Source: Williopsis jadinii
Lineage: Eukaryota
Length of the DNA: 64,000 bases
Assembly (NCBI GenBank): GCA_024346625.1
Contig: AP024668.1
Span: 186,001-250,000, forward strand
Reading direction: 5' to 3'
The stretch's first letter is position 1, and every line of letters begins with the position of its first letter. Position numbers and translations under genes: made by a program. The notes beneath the pieces were generated by a model. That model was not told the DNA's origin, did not search any database, and saw nothing but the letters and a program-made list of their open reading frames with translations. Of the stretch, positions 23,277-33,003 are shown piece after piece.

Positions 23277-23430
23277 AAGTCCGTATATAGTAAACTGTTC
23301 AACATGGCACTTCTTTCGTGCGCGTACCAAGTAGAGCCAACCCTCTGCGACGAAAATGAAATGGGCCTACTTTTCCAAACAGAGCATCCCTTCTGGGGAA
23401 GCTGGTTTAAACCCAGAGAGACCAGTAGTG

Positions 23431-23862
23431 ATGGCATATGAACTGAGTGATAACCAGGTGTTAGGCATTGGTCTTACAACTTTTGTTGTTGCGGCCCTGG
23501 GCTACTACCTGTTGCTGAAAACTGGTGGGACTGACAAGAAGCCCGTTGCGCTGTCGCAGTACCATATCTGTAAGAACCAGCTGGAGAGTGTATCGTCCAA
23601 GATGGAGCAAGGCTTGGTGAAACAGATTGACACTTATTACGATGAGTTTGAGGGCTTGAAGGATGAGGACAAGCAGTACAAGCTGAACTACTTCCAGGAG
23701 GAGCTGCTGAAGGAGCTGATCAAGCTCGACGACGTCGACCTCACGGAGCTGTCGGACAGCGACGAACGCCAGGAGCTCAAGCTGCAGAGGAAGCAGTACA
23801 TCAAGAGAATCCAGGGCCTGCTCAAGGACCTGGACGACTGGAAGTCAAAGGTTCGTGTATAG
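23431..23862 (+). CDS. SNL1: Membrane-anchored BAG-domain Hsp70 co-chaperone (an upstream in-frame ATG exists at 23356)
   Basis: N-terminal TM helix followed by BAG domain YFQEELLKELIKLDDVD...KLQRKQYIKRIQGLLKDLD. Confidence 0.82.
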   Translation: MAYELSDNQVLGIGLTTFVVAALGYYLLLKTGGTDKKPVALSQYHICKNQLESVSSKMEQGLVKQIDTYYDEFEGLKDEDKQYKLNYFQEELLKELIKLDDVDLTELSDSDERQELKLQRKQYIKRIQGLLKDLDDWKSKVRV

Positions 23863-24768
23863 AGCTTCCCCGAATAATACAACCACGTGACAACACCCGT
23901 ACACCAGCGTAGGTGTCGTGGTGTCCCCGGACCAAATCGTAGTCGTGCGCCGCTCATTTCCGGAAGGACTTTGCCGTATGCGGCGTACACCTGTGCGTCC
24001 AATACCAAAACCACTGCGGAAATGGCTAAGAAAAGACTGGGAGCGCTAATAAAACCTCGAGATTTCCCTGAGCTTTAGGGATCGCTGTGATCGCTGTGAT
24101 GCGTCCCCTACCACCAAGCTTCATTCCGTTCATCGGGGTTTTCAGCGCTGGATTTTTAAGGGCGCAGCTATGGGAGAGGAAATTGTGTGTGTTGTTGTTT
24201 GTTTTTGCAGTGGCTGCGACTTCTAAAGCACCAATTGACGCATTGCAACCAAAAGAGCAAGGGATCAAACGGCTGGCCCATTCCCAGTGGCTTTGTCGTT
24301 GTTCTAAGTCCAGCAGCTCAGAGCTCACGTACCCGTACCCTGGGAGGTGTGCTCACTGAGTCAGCGCTAGTCACACCCAGTGAGATGAGGCTATACCGCC
24401 ACGACCTCGTATATATCCGGTATACCAAACACGCTGAGCAGAGGGAAGGCGCTGGGGGCCCGAGCCTGGAGCTCTTCAACACAGCGTGGGACGGTCACGC
24501 CTGTGTGTTCTCCTGGCGGTGTTATATACCGTAGCGAGGCATCAGTTCGGGCGCTGGCATGGTGGTGAGGTTATCAGGCTGGGATAGGGGCAAATGGACA
24601 ACACCCATGGCCCGTCGCAGCGGTAGTATTGACTGCTATCGCTGGAAGCAGATCTCACCCCCTCCACCTCCCAGCACGCCAAGCTCCACTTGCAACTTCC
24701 AAACACAAGCAGCAGCAACAGCAACAACAGCAGCAGCACGCAATGGGCGTCCCCACCCAACCCGGCGA

Positions 24769-24820
24769 CACAGAGCACAGAGCGCAGAGCACAGAGCACA
24801 GAGCGCAGAGCACAGAGCAC
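24769..24820. repeat. Heptamer tandem repeat C(A/G)CAGAG x7 with a 21-bp higher-order unit
   Basis: cacagag cacagag cgcagag cacagag cacagag cgcagag cacagag cac. Confidence 0.9.
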
Positions 24821-25324
24821 AAGACGCTCCACCGCCACTACTACAACTCAACCGCTACAACCCAACCGCTCGTCGACGCTGGCTCCGCCAGGCTACGACC
24901 ACACACCACCCACACACCACCGGCCTAGTCCCATATTGCCTCGTTCCCCTGGCTATCCCTTCCCAGAGAGTTTGGTCTAGGCCTTATTTCCGCGCGCATA
25001 CGATGTGACACAGCGCTGGCGTCTAGCGAAAAAAAATCTCACAGGTGATTGCTCCTAACGTCGCTTTCTGCCCGGCCCGCGTGAGTTTGTTTTCCTTTTC
25101 CTCTTCGCATCAAAAACAACAACACACAACTTTCTGTTTTTAGATGTTTCTTTTGAAGCCATGGAGGCCGTTTTTTGGGCTGGTGGTATCCTGTGGAAAT
25201 TATATAAATGCAAGTAGCCTTGCCCTTTGTGCTGTGTGTGGGAATGTGGTGAAAATTGATTTCGAGCCAATTCGTTAGAGAGGGTTATTAGATATACACA
25301 CACACATACACACACCATTGAACC

Positions 25325-27151
25325 ATGGCATCGAGTGATTTGGAGTCGATCGACTCACAGTTCGACCCTCAGGCATACGTCCCTGAGGAGAACGAGGACG
25401 CTCAATCGGAGCTCAGCACCACGGTTTCCAGAGCGCAGACGAATAACAGCGTGAGACTGGTGCCCACAGAGACGGTCAAGTCGCTGCAGTCGATGGGAGT
25501 GCAGAGCAGCGCACCAATACCTGACTACAATGCTCCGCAGAACATCCAGAACCCAATGTTCCCAGAGGAGTACACCCTGGAGACCCCAACTGGTTTGGTT
25601 CCCGTGGCGACTTTGCAAAACATTGGTAGAACGACGACGAATCTGTCAAGGGTCAGAACCGCACACATTGAAGGTGTGAGTTCGAACGAGTTGGAGGAGT
25701 CGTCGTCGTCTACGGAGAAGCAGGATAAGTTACAGGACCTGGATCCAGAGATCGAGTTTGTCACTTTCCTTACAAACGATCCTGAAAACCCACACAACTG
25801 GCCAACCTGGATCAGATGGGTTTACACCATCAACCTGTCCATCTTGGTCATTTCCGTGGCGTTCGGTTCCTCGTGTGTCACGGGTGGTTTGGGCCTCATC
25901 AACGATAAATTCGGAGTCTCCACGGAGGTGTCCACCCTGACCTGTTCGTTGATGGTGTTGGGATTCTCGATTGGACCTTTGCTTTGGTCGCCATTGTCCG
26001 AGCAGATTGGTAGACAGCCGGTTTACTTCATCTCGTTGTTGCTGTACGTCATCTTCAACATCCCATGTGCCGTTGGTAAAAACATTGGTACCATTCTGGT
26101 TTGTCGTTTCCTGTGTGGTGTTTGGGCTTCTTCCGGTTTGTCGCTTGTTGGTGGTTCCATCGCCGATATGTTCCCAGCTGAGACCCGTGGTGAGGCAATT
26201 GCCTATTTCGCCTTTGCCCCTTACTGTGGTCCTGTGTTTGGTCCTTTGGTCTGTGGTTGGATTAACATCAAGACCGGCAGATACGACATCATCATTTGGG
26301 TCAACATGGCCTTTGCAGGTGTCATGTGGATTCTGGCATCTTTGGTTCCAGAGACATATGCTCCAGTGATCTTGAAAAAACGTGCTAAACGTCTTAGAAA
26401 AGAAACTGGTAACCCAAAGATCATGACAGAACAGGAGGCTCAAGGGTTGTCATTGAAAGAGTTAATCGAGTCTTGTCTGGTTAGACCACTTTACTTTGTC
26501 GTCACAGAGCCTGTGTTGGATCTCATGTGCTTCTACGTCTGTCTTATCTACGCATTGCTTTATGCGTTCTTCTTTGCATACCCTGTGATCTTTAACGAGT
26601 TGTACAACTACAACGATGCATACATTGGCCTTATGCTCATTCCAATCTTGATTGGTGCATGTATGGCTTTGGGTACAACTCCAATCTTGGAGAAGCAATA
26701 CGTTAAAATGACGCACAGAAGAAAGGCCACTCCAGAGGATCGTCTTGTTGGTGCTATGCTTGGTGCTCCATTTGCTGCAATTGCACTGTGGATCTTGGGT
26801 GCCACTTCTTACAAGCACATCATCTGGGTGGGTCCAGCCTCTAGTGGTATCGGATTCGGCTATGGTATGGTGCTTATCTATTACTCAATCAACAACTACA
26901 TCATTGATTGTTATGCCGTCTACGCATCTTCTGCGTTGGCCACGAAGGTGTTCTTGAGAAGTGCCGGTGGTGCTGCTTTCCCATTGTTCACACCCCAGAT
27001 GTATAGAAAGCTGGGTTTGCAATGGGCAAGTTGGTTGTTGGCATTTATCGCCACCGCTATGGTTGCAATTCCATTTGCTTTCTACTTTTACGGTAAGACT
27101 TTAAGAGCTAAGCTGTCCAAGAAGAATTACTCCTTGGATGATGAGCCATAA
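25325..27151 (+). CDS. TPO2: DHA1-family MFS polyamine/drug:H+ antiporter, Tpo2/Tpo3 type
   Basis: FPEEYTLETPTGLVPV, DPENPHNWP, WSPLSEQIGR, PETYAPVILKKRAKRLRKETGNPKIMTEQE. Confidence 0.85.
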   Translation: MASSDLESIDSQFDPQAYVPEENEDAQSELSTTVSRAQTNNSVRLVPTETVKSLQSMGVQSSAPIPDYNAPQNIQNPMFPEEYTLETPTGLVPVATLQNIGRTTTNLSRVRTAHIEGVSSNELEESSSSTEKQDKLQDLDPEIEFVTFLTNDPENPHNWPTWIRWVYTINLSILVISVAFGSSCVTGGLGLINDKFGVSTEVSTLTCSLMVLGFSIGPLLWSPLSEQIGRQPVYFISLLLYVIFNIPCAVGKNIGTILVCRFLCGVWASSGLSLVGGSIADMFPAETRGEAIAYFAFAPYCGPVFGPLVCGWINIKTGRYDIIIWVNMAFAGVMWILASLVPETYAPVILKKRAKRLRKETGNPKIMTEQEAQGLSLKELIESCLVRPLYFVVTEPVLDLMCFYVCLIYALLYAFFFAYPVIFNELYNYNDAYIGLMLIPILIGACMALGTTPILEKQYVKMTHRRKATPEDRLVGAMLGAPFAAIALWILGATSYKHIIWVGPASSGIGFGYGMVLIYYSINNYIIDCYAVYASSALATKVFLRSAGGAAFPLFTPQMYRKLGLQWASWLLAFIATAMVAIPFAFYFYGKTLRAKLSKKNYSLDDEP

Positions 27152-27551
27152 GAATAGCATCCATCTGGTGTTACTTATCACCGTCTGTCGGAGTTACAAG
27201 ATGGGAAGAATAGGACCCATGTCCTCTTATAATACCATTTTTTGTTTGCTTACATTGCATCTCGCATCGATCATTTTACTTTGTCCTGTTCTCATTTGGG
27301 GTAACTTCAACAGCAGAGTTAATTAATACTTCCTATACACACATTGACACTTATATCAAAATATCCCTTGTAGATCAAGCGACCTCACGCCGACTACCCT
27401 ACATCATCACAGCCAATGAGTTTGCCATTACGAGCTCAAAGCCTATAGATGTGAATCTCAGGGTCATCCCCTTAGTTCCAGGGTCCTACTAACTGCTGAC
27501 TCCGACAAGGTGTCTGATACAAAGCTCACCCACTGATCTGGCCCGCATCAC

Positions 27552-27613
27552 ATGACTCATGACTGTCTATCGCTACAGCTCATAACGCTAATCGTGTGCT
27601 CTCCATGAGTCAC
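27552..27613. promoter_or_regulatory. Two Gcn4/AP-1 sites: ATGACTCAT (27552-27560) and ATGAGTCAC (27605-27613)
   Basis: Consensus matches upstream of ABC transporter copy 1. Confidence 0.5.
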
Positions 27614-28129
27614 CAATCATGGGGAAGATGATCGCTTGTATACAGCACCGTTGCACCTCATCTGGTAAAGTGAAGAGAGTTGCAGGGCTCAGAACCGATG
27701 CATATGCAGTCCGGCCTTTATGCTGCCTTGACCACTGGGCGCAGCATGCACTGTGTCTTCTACCAGAACTATAACTCACATAAGCAGGTCTACTTCAATG
27801 TTCAACAGCGGTTTGCTTCTCTATCCACGTTCTATTGGCTCAATTGAGTGTGTCTCTGTTTCTCAGAACCCTATACGATGTCTCTTTGGTGAAATACATG
27901 ACACTGTACTCTGAAAAGAATATATACAGCGAACTAGCCCGGCTAATATGCCAGCTATCCAGATAAAGCAACTGTAAAAGCAAGCACTGCACATGTGCGG
28001 TGGGATGGAATTATGTCATTCTGGGGGAATGTAAAGCTGCCAATGCGCCACTGATTTGTTGTGAATATACAGGCACTTTGTAGGTTGTTGTCTTGAGCCG
28101 TTGTTCCTCTTATAACCAGGATATACATC

Positions 28130-31100
28130 ATGAACTCCGTAGAGAGTGCTGATAAGAACTATGTGATTGTGTCTGACGGCTCTGAAAAGTTGTCTCCAGT
28201 ACCACCGTTACAGAGGAGGTTATTGACACCATTTCTTTCGAAAGAGGTGCCTCCAATACCCGTGGACGAGGAGAGGGTGAAGTACCCATACTTGATGACC
28301 AACCCCTTCTCGACGGTCTTCTTCACTTGGCTGAACCCTCTGCTGAAAGTTGGCTATAAGAGAACGCTCAGCCCTAATGACTTGTTCAAAATTGCAGATA
28401 AGGACGCCCTTGATTATACGTATTCAACGTTTGAGGGACACCTTGACGAGATCATTCAAAAAGATAGAGATGCCTTGAAACTAAGGAACCCTTCAATAAC
28501 TGAAGAAGAGCTTGAGGCGAGAGAATATCCGAGGAACGCCATACTGAAGGCACTATTGAAGACATTCAAGTGGGAATACTCATTCGCTGTCTTCTTCAAG
28601 CTACTGTCCGATACAGCACAGGTTCTCACGCCGTTGCTATCGAGGGCACTCATCACATATGTCCAAGACAAAACTATCGATCCTGGTCTGCCTGTGAACA
28701 ACGGTGTGGGCTACGCTATTGGGGTTACATTCATGCTCGCTGTCACTACACTGTGTACAAATCACTTCCTGTATCTATCTCTGACGGTGGGTCTCCACGC
28801 TAAGTCCATCCTGACAACTGCTGTGGTGAAGAAATGCTTCAAGGCCAGCTCAGTGACAAGACACACGTTCACCAATGGAAGGGTGACATCGTTGATTTCT
28901 GCAGATCTGGCGAGAGTTGACCTGGCCTTTGGGTTTCAACCATACGTTATAACAGCACCAGTGCCTATCATTGTGACAATTGCACTGTTAATCATCAATA
29001 TAGGTGTTTCGTCTCTGGCAGGTATTGCAATGTTCCTAGTGGCCCTGTTTGTCATTGGTGCGTGTTCAGGTGCTCTTATGGCCTTGAGGAAGAAGGTTAA
29101 CAAGTTCACTGACTCGAGAATATCGTATATGCGTGAAATTCTGCAGAACATGAAGATAATCAAGCTCTACTCTTGGGAGGATGCGTATGAGAAGACCGTT
29201 ACAGATGAGAGAAACAATGAAATTGGTGTCATGCTCAAGATGGTGTCGGTGAGAAACTTCTTGATGGCTTTTGCAATATCTTTACCCTCTGTGGTGTCAA
29301 TGGTGGCATTTCTTGTGCTATATGGCGTATCTCAAGATCAAAATCCAGCGAGTATATTCACATCACTTTATCTCTTTAGTCTTTTGGCTGGTCAGATCAT
29401 GATGGTGCCAATGGCTCTATCAACAGCAACAGATGCGAAGATTGGTCTTGAAAGACTGAGGTTGTATCTGCAATCTGGTGAAGTTCAGTCAAATGATGAT
29501 GACAAAGATGAAGATGGAACTAATAGTCTTCCGGAGGATGTTGCAATTCAGGTCACCAATGCCTCCTTCATCTGGGAGAAGTTTGAAGATGAAGATAGTG
29601 AAGCAGAGGAAACGCCAGAAACGACTTCATCTTTAGAGAGACTGGATGAATTGTCAAAGCATGACTTTGAAGGTTTTTCCAATATCAACTTCTCCATCAA
29701 GAAGAGTGAAATAGTTCTTATCACTGGATCTATAGGCTCTGGTAAATCATCGCTTCTGTTGGCACTGGCTGGTCAAATGACCCAGACATCAGGGTCATTG
29801 AAAACAAACGGTTCCCTCCTTTCAGCAGGTCAGCCATGGATTCAAAATGCGACCGTGAAGGAGAATATACTCTTCGGAGAACCCTTCGACCAAGACAGAT
29901 ATCAACAAGTTGTCAGAGTCTGTGCTTTGGAGGACGATTTGCAATCGTTTACAGCTGGTGATGCTACTGAAGTTGGAGAGCGTGGCATCACGCTCTCTGG
30001 AGGTCAAAAGGCAAGAATTAACTTGGCAAGAGCTGTATATGCGAATAAGGATATCATTCTTTTGGATGATGTGTTAAGTGCTGTTGATTCACGTGTTGGT
30101 AAAATCATTGTTGATGAATGCTTCAAGAAGTTTCTTCGTGAGAAGACTATCGTTCTTGCTACACATCAGCTCAGTCTTGTCCATTTCGCAGATCGTGCAA
30201 TCTTTCTTAACGGTGATGGATCAATCAACATTGGAACTGTTGAAGAATTGTCAAAGACTAGCAGTGGTTTTCTTAAGTTGATGGAATACTCATCGAGACC
30301 AGATTCTGATACGTCAAATGACGGTCAGAATGAAAAGCTGGAGGGAATTCTCAGTGGAAAGAGTGTTCACCAAGATCCTCAGGAGAGTACTTTGATTGAA
30401 GATGAGGAAAGAGCTGTGAATGCAATTGAATGGTCGGTTTATAAGGCTTATTTACATGAAGGCCAAGGTAAATTTGGTGTCTTTGCAATTCCACTGATCG
30501 CCATGTTCATGACTTTTGATGTATTTCTCACCATCTTTGTCAATGTCTGGCTCACGTATTGGATCAACGATAGCTTCCCTGGCCGTTCAGATGGCTTCTA
30601 CATTGGTTTCTACGTCATGTTTGTTGTTTTGAGTATCGTTGCAATATCTTCAGAGTTCATAATGATGGGTTACTTCTTCTCAACGGCATCAAGAAGGCTG
30701 TACTTGAAGGCTTTGAAGCGTGTTCTTCATACACCAATGCACTATCTGGATGTGACTCCAATGGGCCGTGTTTTAAACAGGTTCACCAAGGACACTGACT
30801 CTCTCGACAACGAAATTGGACAAGAGTTAACTATGCTGGTGTACCCAGGTGCTATCTTGACTGGTACTGTTATCCTCTGTGTCGTCTATCTACCATGGTT
30901 TGCCATTGCACTTCCACCGTTATTGGTCGTCACCACGGCCACTACAAACTTCTACGTCGCATCATCCCGTGAAGTGAAGCGTATAGAAGCCCTACAGAGG
31001 TCCCATGTGTTTAACAACCTCCATGAGATACTGAATGGCCTGCAAACTTTGAAGGCATACAACGCACTTGAGAGGTTTATGGATAAGAACAAACATCTCA

Positions 31101-32242
31101 TAGATCGTATGAATGAAGCGTACATCCTGGTGATAGCCAATCAGAGGTGGATCTCTATTCATTTGGAGCTTGTATCGTGCCTGTTGGTTCTGGTTGTGGC
31201 CTTGTTGTCTGTTTTCAGGGTGTTCAACATCAACGCTGCTTCTGTGGGTTTGATCATCAACTACGCTATGCAAGTGGCCACGTTCATGTCACTTGTTATG
31301 AGGTCGTATACCTCTGTTGAGAACGAAATGAACTCAGTCGAGAGACTGTGCTTTTATGCTCACGATCTTGAGCAAGAACAACCATACAGGATCAACGAGA
31401 CCAGGCCAAGGCCTTCATGGCCAGAACATGGTGCTATTGAGTTCCAGAATGTTTCCATGAGGTACCGATATGGCTCACCACTGGTGTTGAGGAACTTGTC
31501 TATCTCTGTCAAAGGTGGTGAGAAGATTGGAATCTGTGGGAGAACTGGTGCAGGCAAGTCCTCCATCATGAATGTGTTATTCCGTCTTAGTGAGCCTGCT
31601 GAGGGTACTGTGCTCATTGATGGTGTCGATACTTCGAAACTTGGGCTCTATGACTTGAGATCGAAGCTGTCCATCATTCCACAAGATCCAGTGCTATTTA
31701 GAGGCACCATCAGAAAGAACCTGGATCCCTTCGAGCAGAGCGAGGATTCTGCTCTATGGGAAGCTCTGAGAAAAGCTGGTCTCATCGACACTGACGTCTT
31801 GAGAAAGGCCATATCACAGCATCCTGATGACCCAAACCGTCACAAGTTCCACCTGGACCAGCTTGTAGAGGATGATGGCTCCAATTTCTCCAATGGTGAG
31901 CGTCAATTGATTGCACTGGCTCGTGCACTGGTTCGTGACTCCAAGATCCTAGTGCTGGATGAGGCCACGTCCAGTGTCGACTACGAAACAGACGCAAAGA
32001 TCCAAAACACCATTGCTGAAGAGTTCAGCGAATGTACTATCCTGTGCATTGCACACAGGCTGAACACTATCTTGAATTATGATCGTATTCTTGTGTTGGA
32101 ACAGGGCAAAGTGGAGCAGTTTGACACACCTTGGGCACTGTTCAATCAAGATGGCATCTTCAGACAAATGTGCGAACGTTCTGGTATAAAGTCAAGTGAA
32201 AGGTTGTCTCAAAATTGGTCACTACGTCTAGATGGTGCTTAA
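28130..32242 (+). CDS. YOR1: ABCC/MRP transporter, Yor1-like, copy 1 (1370 aa)
   Basis: RRLLTPFLSKEVPPIP, TMD-NBD-TMD-NBD layout, GSIGSGKS / LSGGQKARINLARA / GRTGAGKS / ILVLDEATSSVD. Confidence 0.88.
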   Translation: MNSVESADKNYVIVSDGSEKLSPVPPLQRRLLTPFLSKEVPPIPVDEERVKYPYLMTNPFSTVFFTWLNPLLKVGYKRTLSPNDLFKIADKDALDYTYSTFEGHLDEIIQKDRDALKLRNPSITEEELEAREYPRNAILKALLKTFKWEYSFAVFFKLLSDTAQVLTPLLSRALITYVQDKTIDPGLPVNNGVGYAIGVTFMLAVTTLCTNHFLYLSLTVGLHAKSILTTAVVKKCFKASSVTRHTFTNGRVTSLISADLARVDLAFGFQPYVITAPVPIIVTIALLIINIGVSSLAGIAMFLVALFVIGACSGALMALRKKVNKFTDSRISYMREILQNMKIIKLYSWEDAYEKTVTDERNNEIGVMLKMVSVRNFLMAFAISLPSVVSMVAFLVLYGVSQDQNPASIFTSLYLFSLLAGQIMMVPMALSTATDAKIGLERLRLYLQSGEVQSNDDDKDEDGTNSLPEDVAIQVTNASFIWEKFEDEDSEAEETPETTSSLERLDELSKHDFEGFSNINFSIKKSEIVLITGSIGSGKSSLLLALAGQMTQTSGSLKTNGSLLSAGQPWIQNATVKENILFGEPFDQDRYQQVVRVCALEDDLQSFTAGDATEVGERGITLSGGQKARINLARAVYANKDIILLDDVLSAVDSRVGKIIVDECFKKFLREKTIVLATHQLSLVHFADRAIFLNGDGSINIGTVEELSKTSSGFLKLMEYSSRPDSDTSNDGQNEKLEGILSGKSVHQDPQESTLIEDEERAVNAIEWSVYKAYLHEGQGKFGVFAIPLIAMFMTFDVFLTIFVNVWLTYWINDSFPGRSDGFYIGFYVMFVVLSIVAISSEFIMMGYFFSTASRRLYLKALKRVLHTPMHYLDVTPMGRVLNRFTKDTDSLDNEIGQELTMLVYPGAILTGTVILCVVYLPWFAIALPPLLVVTTATTNFYVASSREVKRIEALQRSHVFNNLHEILNGLQTLKAYNALERFMDKNKHLIDRMNEAYILVIANQRWISIHLELVSCLLVLVVALLSVFRVFNINAASVGLIINYAMQVATFMSLVMRSYTSVENEMNSVERLCFYAHDLEQEQPYRINETRPRPSWPEHGAIEFQNVSMRYRYGSPLVLRNLSISVKGGEKIGICGRTGAGKSSIMNVLFRLSEPAEGTVLIDGVDTSKLGLYDLRSKLSIIPQDPVLFRGTIRKNLDPFEQSEDSALWEALRKAGLIDTDVLRKAISQHPDDPNRHKFHLDQLVEDDGSNFSNGERQLIALARALVRDSKILVLDEATSSVDYETDAKIQNTIAEEFSECTILCIAHRLNTILNYDRILVLEQGKVEQFDTPWALFNQDGIFRQMCERSGIKSSERLSQNWSLRLDGA

Positions 32243-33003
32243 TACAAGCTCCCCTGGCTCTTCTCATATACTAGCAGCCCGTAAATTAAAAAACCGCACG
32301 CCTTACATGCCTTCAGATCATAACACACAAACGCATTATATCTCGAGCTTACGTTACTTCTGAACTAAACGAACGGCTGAGTGAAACATGAAACTGTACC
32401 ACTGAGAGGACCTCATACTACAAAAGAATGTGATGAAAAGGAGATCGAACATAGGGGCTCTTCTCTGGACATAACTACCATAATCGGCTATAAGTCTCCG
32501 ATGCCGTGCATGATCGAATATGCACTTTTACCATTGTGTCTGAGCCTCGAGAACTCTTTCCACAATGAGATAAGCAGTGGTGTTCACTGTGTTGGTCAAC
32601 TAATGGTATACTAAGACCTCATTCATGATATTGCTGGCTCACTGATATCTAGGGCTACTCGATCAGAAGGTGCCAATGTAGTTGGATTTTGCTACGTTGG
32701 AGCTGTATGTTTGGTGAATACATCTTCGTGCGTATCAAGGCAGCTATCGATGATGCGATGAAATTACGAATCTATTTTCAGCTTACCCCTAAACTATTGT
32801 TGAGAGTTCCAGCTACATGCTAAGGGCCATACTATGCATCGTGCCGTCCGATGTACCTTGGATGGCCACACGGTACATGAACAATTGGTATGGACGGCCG
32901 AAGATAGGAGAGTTGTTGGTTCGAAAACCACTTTTCCACTATAAGATCACATGAGTTTCCAACTTTTCCACTCCTTAGTCGTCAGCTACTCTTCAACAGG
33001 GAG

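Noticed and set aside
23893..23905. ACACCCGTACACC as a telomerase RNA template (8-nt unit plus 5-nt realignment)
   Set aside because: Only ~30 nt from the SNL1 stop, leaving no room for the 5' part of a telomerase RNA; a Rap1 site explains it fully.
24559..25008. Overlapping 70-150 aa ORFs in the TPO promoter, and short ORFs in 386-2716
   Set aside because: Kept open by low-complexity repeats, many with non-ATG starts, and no protein-like features.
32910..32930. GGTTCGAA as a tRNA T-loop/B-box
   Set aside because: No cloverleaf or A-box in the flanking sequence.
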